Shown here one piece after another: positions 13,580 to 27,165 of a stretch of DNA of 64,000 nt (positions are counted from its first letter, which is position 1; every line of letters starts with the position of its first letter). The notes under the pieces are model-generated. The model was not told the origin of the DNA and did not search any database. It worked only from the letters and a program-made list of their open reading frames with translations. Made by a program: the position numbers and the translations under genes. This stretch comes from Callorhinchus milii (Eukaryota): contig NW_024704742.1 of the NCBI RefSeq assembly GCF_018977255.1, positions 88,352,001 through 88,416,000 of the forward strand. Reading direction: 5' to 3'.

Positions 13580-13940
13580 CAAAGTCTAGGCTGACACTCC
13601 GTTGCAATGTTAGGGGTGCACAGTGTTGTTGGAGGTGCCATCCTTCAGCAAGATGCTGAACTGAAGTCCAATTTGGAGAATTATTAGCCAGGGCACCAGG
13701 TGAAATTCCCTTCTCTTTTTGAATACAGTCGTAGGATCCTTAACATCTATCTGAACAGGCTGACGGGACTTTGGTTTGATGTCCCATCCAAAGCACAGCA
13801 TCTCCAACAATGCAGGACACCCCTAGCACTGCATTGCAGTATCATTTTAGACTATGTGAGTTCCAAGTCATGATGTGGGGCTTGAACCCACATCTCGTTG
13901 ACTGAGAGGCAAGAGTGCTATAACTGAGCCAGGCTGTTAC
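13580..13940. mobile_element. Two family B SINE pieces in inverted orientation
   Basis: About 13580-13672 is an internal piece on the plus strand; about 13672-13940 is the head and core on the minus strand. Confidence 0.75.
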
Positions 13941-15696
13941 CACCTGAGCCGGGCTGTGGCCTGAGTTTGTGCAGAATATTCTTTGGAGCTAAGGTTCACG
14001 TGACAAGACAGTTACAAACCACAAGCCTAGTGCAAAAGGCAGCGGGATTGTGATTGATGATAAACAACTGGAAATTGCTGTGTTTCAAATGAGCTGCAGT
14101 TCTTCTATAGAAAAAAATCCTGCTAGAATTATATGAGAAATTAAATTACTTGTACTACTAACTGTGCTGGTTTCTATTTTCTTATTATCATGCATTTAAT
14201 TGCACTCCAGGAAATTATATTCAACTTCCGCCTCCCCTCTTTCCTGGAGCCTAATAAACTCTTTAAAACAATCCAAAGTTCCACTGACTCAGCTTCCACA
14301 GCTGGATTTGCACCTGTGCAGAGTGAAGAGCTCATTTTATCCCATTCCCTTGGCTGAAATGTAACCACAAAATTCCACTGAACTACAAAGAGCCATACCT
14401 GCTATGCAGTGACTGAAAAATTCGCCAAGGAAATTTGCATTGTGTTCTGGTTTCTTAAGGTCATGTAAAAGTTAATTCCTTTTGCTCAGGTTAAACCCTG
14501 AGGAGCCTTTTCCCTTCACGCAGCGCACAGTTTTCTTCGCTGAATACAGATACGGTTCAGATCTCTGTCTGATTTCAAAGACAAAAGATTATTATTAAAC
14601 ATATTTTAATCTTTCTAGTCCCCGTCTTGACTTCTAGTGTGGGCTGTTGTACTATGGCTTGGGGTTACCCTCTGGTTCCTTGCCCCATTCTTCATATCTG
14701 AACCTGGACAGCGAGTACCAACAGTTCATTTGACTGAAGATACTTGACAGCCGATCTTGATCTTGCCCTCACCCAAAAGGAGACTGAAGTTCGAACTTGG
14801 GACCTGCTGGGTTTGTAGGGCTCAGATTCATACCATACAGAGAGAATTCTGGCCAACTCAGTTACTCATTAGTGTACTATCTACATTATGAGATGTGTAC
14901 ATTTGTTTTTAAATTCAATCTGAAGCAAGCACAGAATTTGTTTTTTGCTTCCTGATCAATATTGGGAAATTTCTCTTACTGTTAATAACAGACTTTAAGG
15001 CTGTATAAGATAGAGACTCCAATGTACAGTGATGCAACGACAATGGCTGCTAATTCCAACTACGAGTCACAAATACTGATTCCTTCTGGTAAGTGGAAAT
15101 AAGTCACTATGACTTGACTCCGATCCACAACTGACCACCGGACTTTCTGCTGGTTGGCGTGACGTACTTCAGTTTATCAAAAGGAGGCGCTATTTGCCAC
15201 TCCCGTTAGGATTTGCTGCATGTTAGACCTGTTGACAGGCAGAAATAAGCTCCCAACATGTCCCAACATTAATGATATGTGCTAGTGGGAAGTGGGAAGA
15301 GAGAAGAAACATGGGAATAACTCGAGCTGAAATAATGACCTTAAACACATTTGGAACCACACGCCACTGATGGTTTCGAAATTTAGTCAGTGATTAGCCA
15401 TGAAAACTTGGGAAGTGCACAGGCTCCAGACTTGGAATAGGTAAAATTGCAAGAATGTTGTTGAAAATGTTGTACAGGAGATACATCCGCATTCGAGGAA
15501 TCTGAAGTTGGAAATGATGGAAGGTTTCAACTTTCCTTAACCTATTCCTTGTGTTAAATAGCACAAGGAACATTTAGAGATCAAGGCTAAATTTGTTCCC
15601 GACTTTACGCTGGTGTTAATTCACTCTCTGTAAAGTAAGGAACAAATTAGCTATGCTTCTTAATATTTATTTTATTCTTCTTCTTTTATTATTTAT

Positions 15697-15990
15697 CCTT
15701 TGGATGAGACATTAAATCGAGTCCCGTCTGTCTGTTCAGGCGGATGTTATAGATCCCATGGCACTGATCAAAAAGGGAAGGGAGTTTCTCCCAGTGTCCT
15801 GACCAAAATCGCCCAAATAAAATTGGTCACTCACTTCATAGCTGTTTGTGGGAGATTGCTGTGTGCAAATGGCTGCCGTTTTTCACCCACAAAAAACAGT
15901 CACTGTACTTGACAATATATCCTGTGAAGCGATTTGAGATGTCTCAACCATACAATTAGGCACTATTACAAATTCAGGGATTATTATTAC
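15697..15990 (+). mobile_element. SINE family B, 5'-truncated
   Basis: Deu core and tail. Confidence 0.85.
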
Positions 15991-17019
15991 TAACAAAAGA
16001 AAAGGAGTAAGCGACGTTGCAAATTTTATTCCCAGTACAAAAAAGCTGTACTGACAAAGAAATGTTAGCAAATAACCAAAGGGCTTCAATAGGGCCCAGA
16101 AAAGTTTGACCTTAAACAAGGTTTTAATTATCCTTGCATTTTGCATTTGATAAATTTTATTTTTCTGTTGAAACACGCTGTTCTAATCTCAAGTAGAATT
16201 GATCATTGTGTGTAAAATCGTACCAAAATTGCATTGCAACACATGCCTAAAAAAGGTTCTCAATAATTTTGGATTCCACTTGTATAAAACCACATACAAT
16301 TATATGATCATTTCACATTCACATCAATAGGATCGAATTTCCAGTGGGGCGAAATCTGCAATTATTCATAACGTATTATTAATGCTTTGTGAAATGTCAC
16401 AATCTCCTCCAGTATTTCTTAAGGGGAATCCTTGATAAGCAATCCCATTGGAATTCATACTGATCAACAGGAAAATCTGCTCCATATGTAAATCTTTATG
16501 AAGCAGAACTCCCCACAGATCACTGTGGCATACTTGCGGTCACTGGAAGGAATCCCCGGAAGGAGTCTACGATTCCTCATTAAAGGAATCCTATTAAAAA
16601 ATACCACAAATTAGATCCCATTATCTTTTAATCACTTTATTGATTCAGTCTCTTGACCTGACCTGTCAGGCTCGTTTTAGAAGAGCGAAGCTATTGACAC
16701 GCTAGGTATAACATATTGCACTCTGTGAAAAGGATGACAGCTTTTCTAAAACACTGTTGCAATGCTTTTCAGCTTTAAATAATAAGTCACTCAAAACATT
16801 ACCCTGAAGCACACTGACAAGCAGGCTGGTAAGTCTTTAATCAAACAAATGAGAAACCTTAAACCTACAGCAGTCTCTGACTATAAATACAGTCACAATA
16901 AAGCTGTCCAGGCATACGTGGCTCGAGTCTGGAAGTGTGCACTCAAGATGAGTCATTGGAAACTGTGCATACTATTCAAACGTTTGCTTCCAAACTAACT
17001 AACTGACTGGGACTAGTTC

Positions 17020-17157
17020 AACCTGCACCTAATACTCTCCAGAATTAGGTAAGCAGGATGCATCCCTCCAGGGAGAGTGTGTGCATTCCATTCCAATAAA
17101 TATCTCGGGAATTTCCATGTGTAGATGGGATGCATGAAGCTTTCAGTTTGGTTTGAA
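17020..17157. repeat. Copy of the same unassigned dispersed repeat
   Basis: aacctgcacctaatactctccagaattaggtaagcaggatgcatccctccagggagagtgtgtgcattccattcc. Confidence 0.75.
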
Positions 17158-17224
17158 GACTCACACACTCAGGGACCAGGGAATACCCTGACCTCAAAGG
17201 AATGACACACATGAAAAAGCAATG

Positions 17225-17588
17225 ATAATAATAATAATCCTTGTATTTGATACAGTACCTTCGAGACGTCTCAAAGCGCTTTACAAAATATACTGTAAAG
17301 TGAATTGACTGTATATTTTGTGGGCGAAATGCGGCAGCTACTTGCACACAGCAGTGTCCCACAAACAGTCGTGGATTGAAGTGATCAATTAATTATTGTT
17401 TTTTTTTAAAGAAATATTACCCCCGGAAAGCGATCCGCCAATCGACTAACAACTGGGTTCCTACTTACTGCTAGGCAAACAGAAGCGTGCGGAGTAAGGA
17501 AACTTTCCCAATGTTTTGCCTGCTGGGAATGAAACCCAAGTCTCTCGTTTATGAGGCGAGTGCTCTAACCACTAAGCTACAGGACTCC
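17225..17588 (-). mobile_element. SINE family A, full length
   Basis: (TAA)n ccttgtatttgata...aaccactaagctacaggactcc. Confidence 0.9.
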
Positions 17589-18919
17589 TGATTACTGAAA
17601 GGATATTAATTAAGCTTGTAGCAGAAGTTACCAGAAATAAACTCAATATAAATTGAGTTCAAGAAACAATTTAATGAGATTCTGGAGCGAGAGAGGATGG
17701 AGTGATATGGTGGGGTGCCTGGATGGGATTGCGAATCAAAAAGTAGGTTTGTTGGGCCCAATGCCTTTTTCCTTATCTTAAATATTTTTTCTGTTCCTGT
17801 TGTTATGGGTGTAATATTAAACGCAAGTATTATCAGATATTCAGAATTGCCCCTTCCTTAACAACTCAAGGACCACCCCACCAATACACACACACACACA
17901 CAGACACGAACATGGGTCCCGAGGCCAGCAGTGTTGTCTACTTCCAGTGACTTGTCAGTGTAGGACCCTCTGTTAAGTAATTATCAGTGATATTAGAACA
18001 CTCGGCACATTTCTTCACACCTTACTTTTGAAATTCCAATTTTTTAAAAAAGAAATATTGCTTAACTTAATTGGGATTCACAGAGTCACTGATCTGACTA
18101 ATCTGTGTAACTGATCTGATCGGGCTGTTTCCCCTTTAAATATTTTAAATGGACCTGTTGGCACTGCCTGGCTGTTTTTATCTGATGTACTTACTCTCCA
18201 TCTGCATTGGAAGCTGGCCCTTTTCCTGATTCTTTAATTCCTCACTTTTGTTCCTGGCGAGTATTATGCCAGTCTTGGCCTAGATATTTGCAAGCGTGCT
18301 AAGTGTAGCTGTAGATTTCTTGAACACTAATCCCCTCTCAATCTCTTTCCCTATGCTTCCGTGTCATGTGGTGAAGATTTCAGATTCCAAAACTCCACCA
18401 GCGCTGCAAACCTTGTTTTCTTAAAGCTCATTTGGGGGCATTTCTTTTACGAGCTATATATATGTGATGCAAAATCTGAGAGGAAGGATCCTTTCCTGTG
18501 GCTGGAAATAAGTCATGCCGGAAAATTCGCTTTGAAAGTGGTAGTTATGTGACTCTGAGTCATTGCGGTGTGCTTGAGGCTCCCTTATTTTGGAATCTCA
18601 TTAGAAATTGCATTATATACAATACATTATATAATAATACAGCGACTTTCACTTCGGGAGGAGGTCTCAAAGCACTAATCACTGCATGCTGGTCACCTGA
18701 GCAGGGGGATGGGAGCCAAAGAGTATGGGGAGAAAAAAGATATTGAAACCATAGTCAAAGAGATACATCTCCAATCTCTCTGCCTCACCCAACTTCAGAT
18801 CGCGTATGAAGACCTTCCTCTTTGACCTTGCCTATGGTCACCTCGACTCCCTCCCACTCTGTGTTAAGCTTCGTTACTGCTAAGCGCACTGAGACACTAC
18901 CCCACATGAAGGGTGCTCT

Positions 18920-19100
18920 ATAATAATAATAATACTTGCATTTGATACAGCGCTTTTCATGTCTTCTAGACGTCTCAAAATGCTTCACAGAATATACTGT
19001 AAAGTGAATTGATTGTATATTTGTGGGCGAAACGTGGCAGCCAATTGCGCACAGCAGTGTCCCACAAACAGTCGTTGATTGAAGTGACCAATTTTTTTTT
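18920..19100 (-). mobile_element. Shared SINE 3' module, 5'-truncated (one of many such copies)
   Basis: Similar tail-only copies lie at about 3695-3900, 5585-5760, 6150-6260, 10975-11165, 20300-20380, 21300-21420, 22405-22575, 27210-27375, 28420-28570, 34985-35097, 37300-37418, 48490-48600, 49470-49575 and 62260-62380. Confidence 0.85.
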
Positions 19101-19662
19101 AAGTTTAATTAGAACACATAGTTCTCCAAGGGCATGGACTATAGCTTTTAACCTGTTCCTTGACAAACTCCGCTGTTTGAATTTAAAAATGCTCGTTCAG
19201 AAATAACTATCCCTCAGTAAGTAACAAACAGAAATGCATAAATGCATGTTGTTGTTGCTGATTTTTTCCTTCTCCTTCTTTCATTTCTTCTCTGCCTTTC
19301 TTTTCTTCCCTCTTTCTTTCTCACTCAGAAAGAGTACTGTCTGTATATGATTTACTGGTGAATGTAGGTTCTTCTGCTTTCAATGTTTGCTTTCAGAATA
19401 GTTGGTCTTGCCACAAAGACTAATTTCAGATCCAGTGCCTTTCTTTCCATAAACTACTGTATTTTCAGTGTCATTCTTGCTTTGATGTCAGTCTCTACTG
19501 ATGATTGACTCTTGGGATATAATGGTTCTTATCTGTCCCTCCATTCAGACCATGGCTATTTGTTGCTCTTCTACCCACTCATGAGAACTAACTTCCTTGG
19601 CTGTGTTTTAGCCCCGTGCTGACTCTGGTATCAGGTTATTATTATTGTCTGGTGGAGGTGTG

Positions 19663-20090
19663 TCAAGTCAGTGGTAGCTCAGTGGTAGCACACTTGCCTC
19701 TGAGTAAAAAGGTTGTGAGTTCAAGCCCCAGGTCAGGGACTTGGCATTCATTTAGTCTAAGCTGACTAAATTCCGATAAGTGCTGGGGTTGTGTTGCATT
19801 TTCCGAGGAGATACTCCAGTTGTTATGCTAAATTGAAGTCCCATCTGCCTGTTCAGGTGGATGTTAAAGATCCCATGGCACTATTCAAAATGAGAAAGGA
19901 GTTTCTCCTGGTGACCTCGCCAACAATCCCCCAAATAAAATTAGACACTCAATCCATGCTGTTTGCGGGAGATTGCTGTGAACAATCAGACTGTCGTATT
20001 CGCCCAAAAATACACAGAACCATGAAATGCTTTGGGATGTTGTCCAGAACATGAAAGACACTATACCAAATGAAAAAATTATTATATTTA
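19663..20090 (+). mobile_element. SINE family B, full length
   Basis: Head gctcagtggtagcacacttgcctctgagt..gagttcaagcccc, Deu core and tail. Confidence 0.85.
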
Positions 20091-21579
20091 TCAAACACAT
20101 TTTTGTTGGGGCTGGTACTAAATGGTAACGTCTTGTTACGTCTGAGGCCGTGATCAGTTGCTGCACCTCTTCATGTTGTGGATGCTATGTGCCATTTGTT
20201 TTTGCTCAATGAACAAAATGCCTTGAGCTAAACAGGAATATCTATTGTCCCAAAATGAACTGTAAAGGCTTTCTGAAACCACTTGCGGTTGCCCATACAA
20301 TATATTCTGTGAAGTGTTTTGAGACATCTCAACAACATAATAGGGCATTATAATCAAATGCAATGATTATTATTATTATATGCATATGTACATTTTTTAT
20401 CTCCCCATTTTTCAGTTAGCCTCTGACTTGAGAACATCAGCCCAAAATCAAGAGGTGTAGCATTCGATGGCACAGTTTAGCTGCAGGTTGAACTAACTTA
20501 GTTTACCTGCAGGTTTCTTTAGTAGTTACCTAACAGAATCTTAGATGTGTTATGTTAAGACTTCCCAATCGGGACAGATAGACTGTCACAAGTGAAGAAC
20601 GTGCTACTTTATATCATTACCATTATTAAGGACTTGTAAAGTCTACAGCTGACGATAGGGAGCAAACAAGATATAATCACTAAAACAGAGGGGTCAAATT
20701 TGTGCCCCCTCCCCTGTGACACCAGATTAAATATTTGAGGGACGAGTCTGCGCATGTGGTTTTAGACCTCCAATCGCAGTGTTTTACGTCTAGTTAGTGG
20801 GAGATTAAAATACTAGAATCCCATCCATCATGCTGAGTATGCGTGTGTGGGGGCTGGGTGTTAGAGGCTTGCTCATATCCGTAATCAGTCAATAATTACA
20901 GACTGGAAATGTAGTGTTTCCTTTTTATAAAAGGGGTTTCTTTTGTCCTTTATTGACACTCTTATGGATCTCAAACTCTTTCCTCTTATCGTTGTTACCC
21001 TCGAAAGTCTCTTTGTTCCCACACTATCACAAACTCACTTCATGGTATTTAATTACCAGTCATGACTGTTTGCTCAACAGCAGGAATTCTTTACATTTAG
21101 TGTTTCAATTGAGTGCTTTGTTTGGTGGCGATAGGCTTCAATACTGCACGTCAGTGAAAACTGGTGACAGAGGGACATCTGAGTGATGATGCACGTCATT
21201 CACCGAACCATGACTCACTTGCTGGTACCACCAAAGACTATATATATGCATTCATCTTTAACTTTGCCAAGCGATTTAGCATTGTAAATCTCACTTTCCA
21301 TTGTTGGTTGCCTCGTTCACCTACAAAATACACAGTCACTACATATCCTGCAAAGCATTTGAGATGTCCACCGGATGTGAAAGGCACAATGTCAAATGTA
21401 AGGAATATTCATATTATTTATTTTCTTTAGTTTCTAATGATGTGTGTCTTATCATAGAAATTAGGAAATCAGATGTTTAGATGTCTATCCAACTTGACTG
21501 CTTCATTGAAAAACAGTGCTCTCAAAGGCAAGCTAAACAATTTTAGCTGGTTAGACTCCAATGTACATGTACATTCTGG

Positions 21580-21775
21580 AGGTCCCCAAGGCTTGGCTCT
21601 TGCTAACCTGTGCTCAACATCTGGAGAATTAGATAAGCAGGATGCATCACTACAGGAAGAGAGTGCGCATTACATTCAAACAATCTATCTCTGGAATTTC
21701 CATGCCTGGGTGGGATACGTGGTAATCTCAGTTTGGTTTGATACATTTAAACATGGTGATGGGTTTCCACATGTG
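21580..21775. repeat. Copy of the same unassigned dispersed repeat
   Basis: gcaggatgcatcactacaggaagagagtgcgcattacattc..ggaatttccatg..cagtttggtttgatac..catggtgatgggtttccacatgt. Confidence 0.75.
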
Positions 21776-22094
21776 GCACCAAAACAAAAGGGTGAATAAT
21801 CCTGGAGAAACGGTAGGATGTAGACAAATACAAATCCAGTCATTCCATTTGCCAGGAGTTCCAGGATCTTTCTGCTTCACGTCCCCTCTCAGAGAGAGAA
21901 GGGAGAGGGAGCACAGAAAGATCGGAGTGAAGTAGCTACCAACCCCCCCCCCCCTCCCCCCAACCATATACTGGCACCAAATTTCACGAGGAAGCTCAGA
22001 ACATTAACCTGATTTCCTTTCAATGTCGGGTTTATTCTGATTAAAAAGGATCAACGGGCTCAAATTAGTGAAGTTTCCCAAAGCGTTTGATCTG

Positions 22095-22255
22095 ATTACA
22101 TGGAATTACACGGAATCCACAGCACGAAACAGGCCTTTCGGCCCAACCAGTCTATACTGGTATTTATACTTTACATGAGCCCTCACTACTCCTAATCCCC
22201 TCTCCTTAGCTTCTCTTCCCCCCTGTCCCTCTATTCTCTTCTCCACCAGTGTATG
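22095..22255 (-). mobile_element. CR1-type LINE/SINE 3' end
   Basis: ggaattacacggaatccacagcacgaaacaggcctttcggcccaaccagtc; related pieces at about 2320-2410 and 47775-47930. Confidence 0.6.
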
Positions 22256-22979
22256 CACCCGCCTTAAGACATATCTTTCACCTGCACATTCAGTCACATT
22301 CTCCCTCCATCTTAACCCTCCTCCTTCCCTTCTCTACTGGGGTACCCATTCAGGTGTGAAGTTCTTTGAGACATCGTTTGAGACATAAATAATAAATAAT
22401 AATAATTTGGTGACTCATTCAATGATTTTTTGTGGGACACTGCTGTGCATAATCGGCTGCTGCGTTTCACCCACAAAATATACAGTCAATTCACTTAACA
22501 GTATATTCTGTGAAGCACTTTGAGACATCTCGAAGGTGTGATAAGGTACTGTAGCAAATGTAAGGATTATTAGTACTATTACTATACTCACAATCTCACA
22601 ATGTGAAAGGTGCAATATTGATTGTTGAGTTCTCTCTTAAATTGAACAGGACATGAAACATTGCAAATTAACAATTTTGCAATAATATAACAACACAACA
22701 CTTGTAGGGTAAAACTAACCCTGGTCACCTTGAGTTTCTCTGTTCTAACCATATCGCTCTACTGTCCGATTCCTGATGAGACTTGTGAGCCATTGATCAT
22801 TTCTGTGGTCCCACGCTTGCCCTCTCCTCTTGCTAGTAACACCCTTATACCATTTCTTCCACTCAGAAAGATATTACAATTACTCACTGCTCCAGAGAAT
22901 CTTCACCAACACTGGGGTGACATATTCACTTTCCAATAGACTTCTTATCTGTGGAATTCCTACATTTTGCATCCCATAG

Positions 22980-23370
22980 TCACTTTGCCTCACCCTCTCC
23001 CTTGCTTCTGTCAAGGCCCGTCTCAAGACCCTCCCTTTCGACTATTCTTTTGATCACCCTCCTACCCCTACACCCTGCCCTCCACCCCTCCTGATCCCAA
23101 CCCCCAGCTCGGGTCCAAATCCCTGACTGTCCAGCACCTGTCCAGCATCCTATTCTAAAGGATAGAGAGATTAAGGGATATGGGGATAGGACGGGTAAAT
23201 GGAATTAGGTCAGCCATGATCTGATTAAATGGCGGGGCAGGCTTGAGGGGCCGAATGGCCTACAACAACAACAACAACAAGATTACGTTTGCTCCTGCTC
23301 CTACGTCTTATGGTCTTATGGTCCTCCCAACATGAAAGGGACTATACAAATGTAATTTGTTGTTGTTTTC
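22980..23370 (+). mobile_element. Nested cluster: L2 3' end interrupted by a CR1-type 3' end, itself interrupted by a short minus-strand L2 tail
   Basis: L2 UTR at about 22980-23145; CR1-type tail (gggatatggg..cagccatgatctgattaaatggcggggcaggcttgaggggccgaatggcctac|ctcctgctcc..tcttatggtcttatgg) split by (caa)n gattacgtttg; the L2 resumes at tcctcccaacatgaaaggg. Confidence 0.7.
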
Positions 23371-25362
23371 AGGTGGCAGCTATTTTGAGATTGTTTTCGG
23401 TAATTAACTGTCAGTGAATTAGAATAACAACAAGTTGCATTTGTATAGCATCCTTTATATGGGATGGTGTGTGAGTACTACTCCCCCCATTCCCATTCCC
23501 TCCCCGTCCGACATTGCTTGCTGTTTGCTCACATCTCCATTTGTTAAATGAGTAGAAAGAGGGCCTCAAGCTTCGTCAATGACATATTTCCCAGTGGCTA
23601 TTCCTTGGCTTTAGTTGGTGCAATCCACTCAAAATCAGAAAGTGGGAATACATTTAAGTTTCTCAGTTGACGCTTAATGTTTTTCAAGAGATAACTTTAA
23701 ATTGAGTCAGAGGAACATTTAATCCATGGGAATTTTCTCATCAGCGTGAATAATATTCTGATGTGGGATTCTGGCTACCCCTTCTCTTCTCCTCCATTTC
23801 ACTTTTGGTTCTTTGCACTGACTAACAAATAGCCAGCTCCCTTCAAGATCACAAATACTTTCTGGTTGACTGTTTAAAAGGATTTTAAATATTCCAAACC
23901 TCTCCAACATTCCTACTGGCCACGAGACCATAGTTTGTTCAAACAATATTGAAAGGAAGCAGCTACAATATCGGAGCCTTGTTTGAAAGCCGCAGTGTCT
24001 TCACAATTGCACTCTTGCATAGTTGAGAGATGAAGACTATGGATTGATTGAGCATGTCATCCCTGAGGCTGATCACTCTGACGCTTCACAGTGAAGCCCA
24101 GCAATCTGCAGGATGATAACACTAACAGTGTGCTGCTGCTCTCCACAGGTTGACACTCAGCAACACACACAGGAGATGATTGTGGAGGCTTTTGGTGCGG
24201 AGGGCACAGTCACACATCGCCGATCGCAATCTCTGCTCTGAAGATTGTGCGTTACACTGAAACAGTTCTGCTCAGTATTTTGCACATCACCTTTGACAAT
24301 TTTGTGTCAGCCTGGTTCAGAGGTAGCAAGGCTGAGTCAAAAGGCTGTGATTTCCAGCCTTACGTCAGGACTTTCCTCTAGGGCTGTAGTTGCAGTGCTG
24401 GGGGAGTGAGCACTGCATTGCCAGAGGTGCCGTCCTTAAGATGAGATCTTCAATCTTCAAGATTGAACAGTGGCAACAGTGGAAGAACTTTAAGCAAAGT
24501 AGGTGGCAGCTCCACTGGCTATCCACACACCAGAGAGAAACAGAATATCAATTAGGGCCAATTCTGAGGCACCACAGCTTCCGTAATAACTAAAACACAA
24601 GGAACTTCTCGTTTCTTGAGTACCTGCGCTCTAACCACAGAAGGGAAAGTAAGGAATTAAGTACTAGCTGAATGTTGCTGTAAATCTAAACTAAAAGCAT
24701 TAATCAACGCATGACTGATCCTACAGAGAATTATAACACGCTGTCTCCTAGCAACACATGGTTATTGGGTTACCAGCTAAAACTGGTAGATGAGGCTAAG
24801 CTAGTAGAGTAAAGTTTCTTTGTTGCTGCCTCTTGTTAATATTTAGTGTCAAAATCAGCAGACACTGCTTTACTCTCTCATAAGAAATAGAAGCTGAAAT
24901 GTGATCGAGCGCTGAGCGTTTAGAAATCTTAAGGGTGAACAAGTGCCTCACACTGGATCAATACAGAAAGGCCTCAAGAACTAATTCAGAGGAGGGCAGC
25001 TCACAAGCCAAATGTACTTCTCACCTCCATCACTGTCTTATGTTTCAAGCTAACCAAATAGCAAGAAGTAGACTCAGCCATGACCCTGAGATCCTGTAGA
25101 GATTCTGTAATATTCAAGATTACTTTGTAGCTTTCAACGTGGAATATTAAAATGGGGGAGGGGGAACAGAGTTCCAATTTCTGATATCTCTTTACAGGAT
25201 TCCTAAGCAAAGATTTCTGTTAGGAATCGCCGCCTTCCCAAGGGAACTTTGCTCTGGAAGTAGGTTGTGGTGGTAGGAGGGACTTGGGTGAGAAGTGGCA
25301 TGTAATGAGATGAATATGGATAATAATTCTGCTCAGTGTTACGTGCATCGCCTTTGGCGATA

Positions 25363-25735
25363 TTGTATCAGCCTGGCTCAGTGGTAGAACTCGCACCTCT
25401 GAGTCAAAAGGCTGTGGTTTCAAGGACTTTCCTCTGGCTGACAGTGCTCGTGGGAGTGCTGTGTTATCTGAGGTGCCTTCCTTCAGATAAGATGCTAAAC
25501 CGAGGTCCCAACTGCCTGTGCAGATGGACATTAAAGATATTGGGAAAGAGAAAGGTGTTTCTCCTGATATCCTTGCCCCCTCCCTCCCCACATTCAAATC
25601 CACCTAAAGATTATGTGATTATGGTCACCTCTGTGCTAGCCTACAAAATACAATCACCACACTTTACACTAAGTTCTGTGAAATGTTTTGAGGCATCCTC
25701 TGGATGTGAAACATGCAATATCAGATGTAACAGCT
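25363..25735 (+). mobile_element. SINE family B with deletions
   Basis: tcagcctggctcagtggtagaactcgcacctctgagtcaaaagg; a related 5' piece lies at about 24303-24450. Confidence 0.8.
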
Positions 25736-26814
25736 ATTCTTCTCATTGTTAATGGAATTATTCTTCACTATAGTTGTGCTTTGCCAAAGGTGCTGCCCAT
25801 AAAGCTGAACTGAATGTTTATCGAAAATAGGGCAGGCATATTGCACAGCATCCTTTAGTTCACTGACAACAAGCAATAAAGCAAATATCTTTGGGAATGG
25901 TTTTGGGGAAAATAAATTGCCATAACAGCTGCCTTTAAACAGATAGCAGGGCTTCAGAGAAGGACACATGATGCACATAAATGCACTGCTGGCTCGATAA
26001 ATAATGCACGATGTTCATGCTTTCCTGAACAAACAGAGTGGTTCCAGTTATTAAAAAGTATGCAGTGTCCGTTTGCCAAATTGCCATTAAACAAATACCT
26101 AGAACATGTTTAGACAAGTGCTGTTCAGTCACTTAGGTCATAACAGAGGAGCCTTTCCCTTCTCAGTATCTAAAACGACTGCAAATCCAGTCAAATTAGC
26201 AATTACAGAAACAACAGTGCTATTGTCTTCAGCCCATCACGTAGAACGGGCCAGATTTGAATCAATGTTTTATTATAGAGATAAAAACATGTTGGTATAG
26301 CTGCACTTTCATAAAGGCTGTTCTCAAAGACAGACTGAGCTGTTGAGAATTTAATCGGATAGATATAAATTATGACAACTTTGAGCTCACAGTTTTACAA
26401 TGCTATTTTATGAACTCTTCCTGATGTTTTCAATCACTTCGCCCAAAAACCATTCACATGCACAGGTTATGGCAGAGAGAAAAACATACTGGAATACAGA
26501 AGAATGCATGAAATTAAATGCTGTATGTTGGTAATGTATAGCTGATGCTTTGCCAATTCAGTCAAGATTATCAGTAAATAGAAGTTTACAAAATTCTATG
26601 AATGGATTTAGAGTATCAAGATTAGAGTATCAACCTCATGCTCTTTCTTTCTTCCTCTCTCTATCTCATTGTTATACAGTATTTAGAAAAGGCTCAGGTC
26701 TCCTATATCTGTAAGTTATTCTCATTTTGGGGGAAAACAAATGTTCAATTTAATAAAACTCCACCACCCCACCGATCCCCAACTATCAATTCAATCATTA
26801 TTATCAATAATACT

Positions 26815-27165
26815 AATGCAATAATCTTTGCATTTGATATAGTGCCTTATCATGTCTTTGAGATGTCTCAAAGCTCTTCACGGAATATACTGTAAAGTGA
26901 ATTGACCATATATTTTGTGGGCGAAACGTGGCAGACAATTGCGCACAGCATGGATTGAAGTGACCAAATTGTTATTTTTTTTGAAGGGATTATTACCCCA
27001 GAAAAGCAATATCCCAATCTAACAATCGGGTTCCTACTTACTGCTAGGTAAATAGAGTTGTGTGGAGTAAGGAAACTTGCCCAATGTTTCGCCAGGCTGG
27101 GAATCAAACCCAAGTCCTCTCGCTTGTGAGGCGAGTGCTCTAACCACTAAGCTACAGGACTCCAC
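26815..27165 (-). mobile_element. SINE family A, near full length
   Basis: Same head, core and tail as the other family A copies. Confidence 0.9.

Noticed and set aside
17870..17881. GLI-like site GACCACCCC (also AGGGTGGTC at about 43854)
   Set aside because: Single one-mismatch 9-mers are expected by chance in 64 kb.
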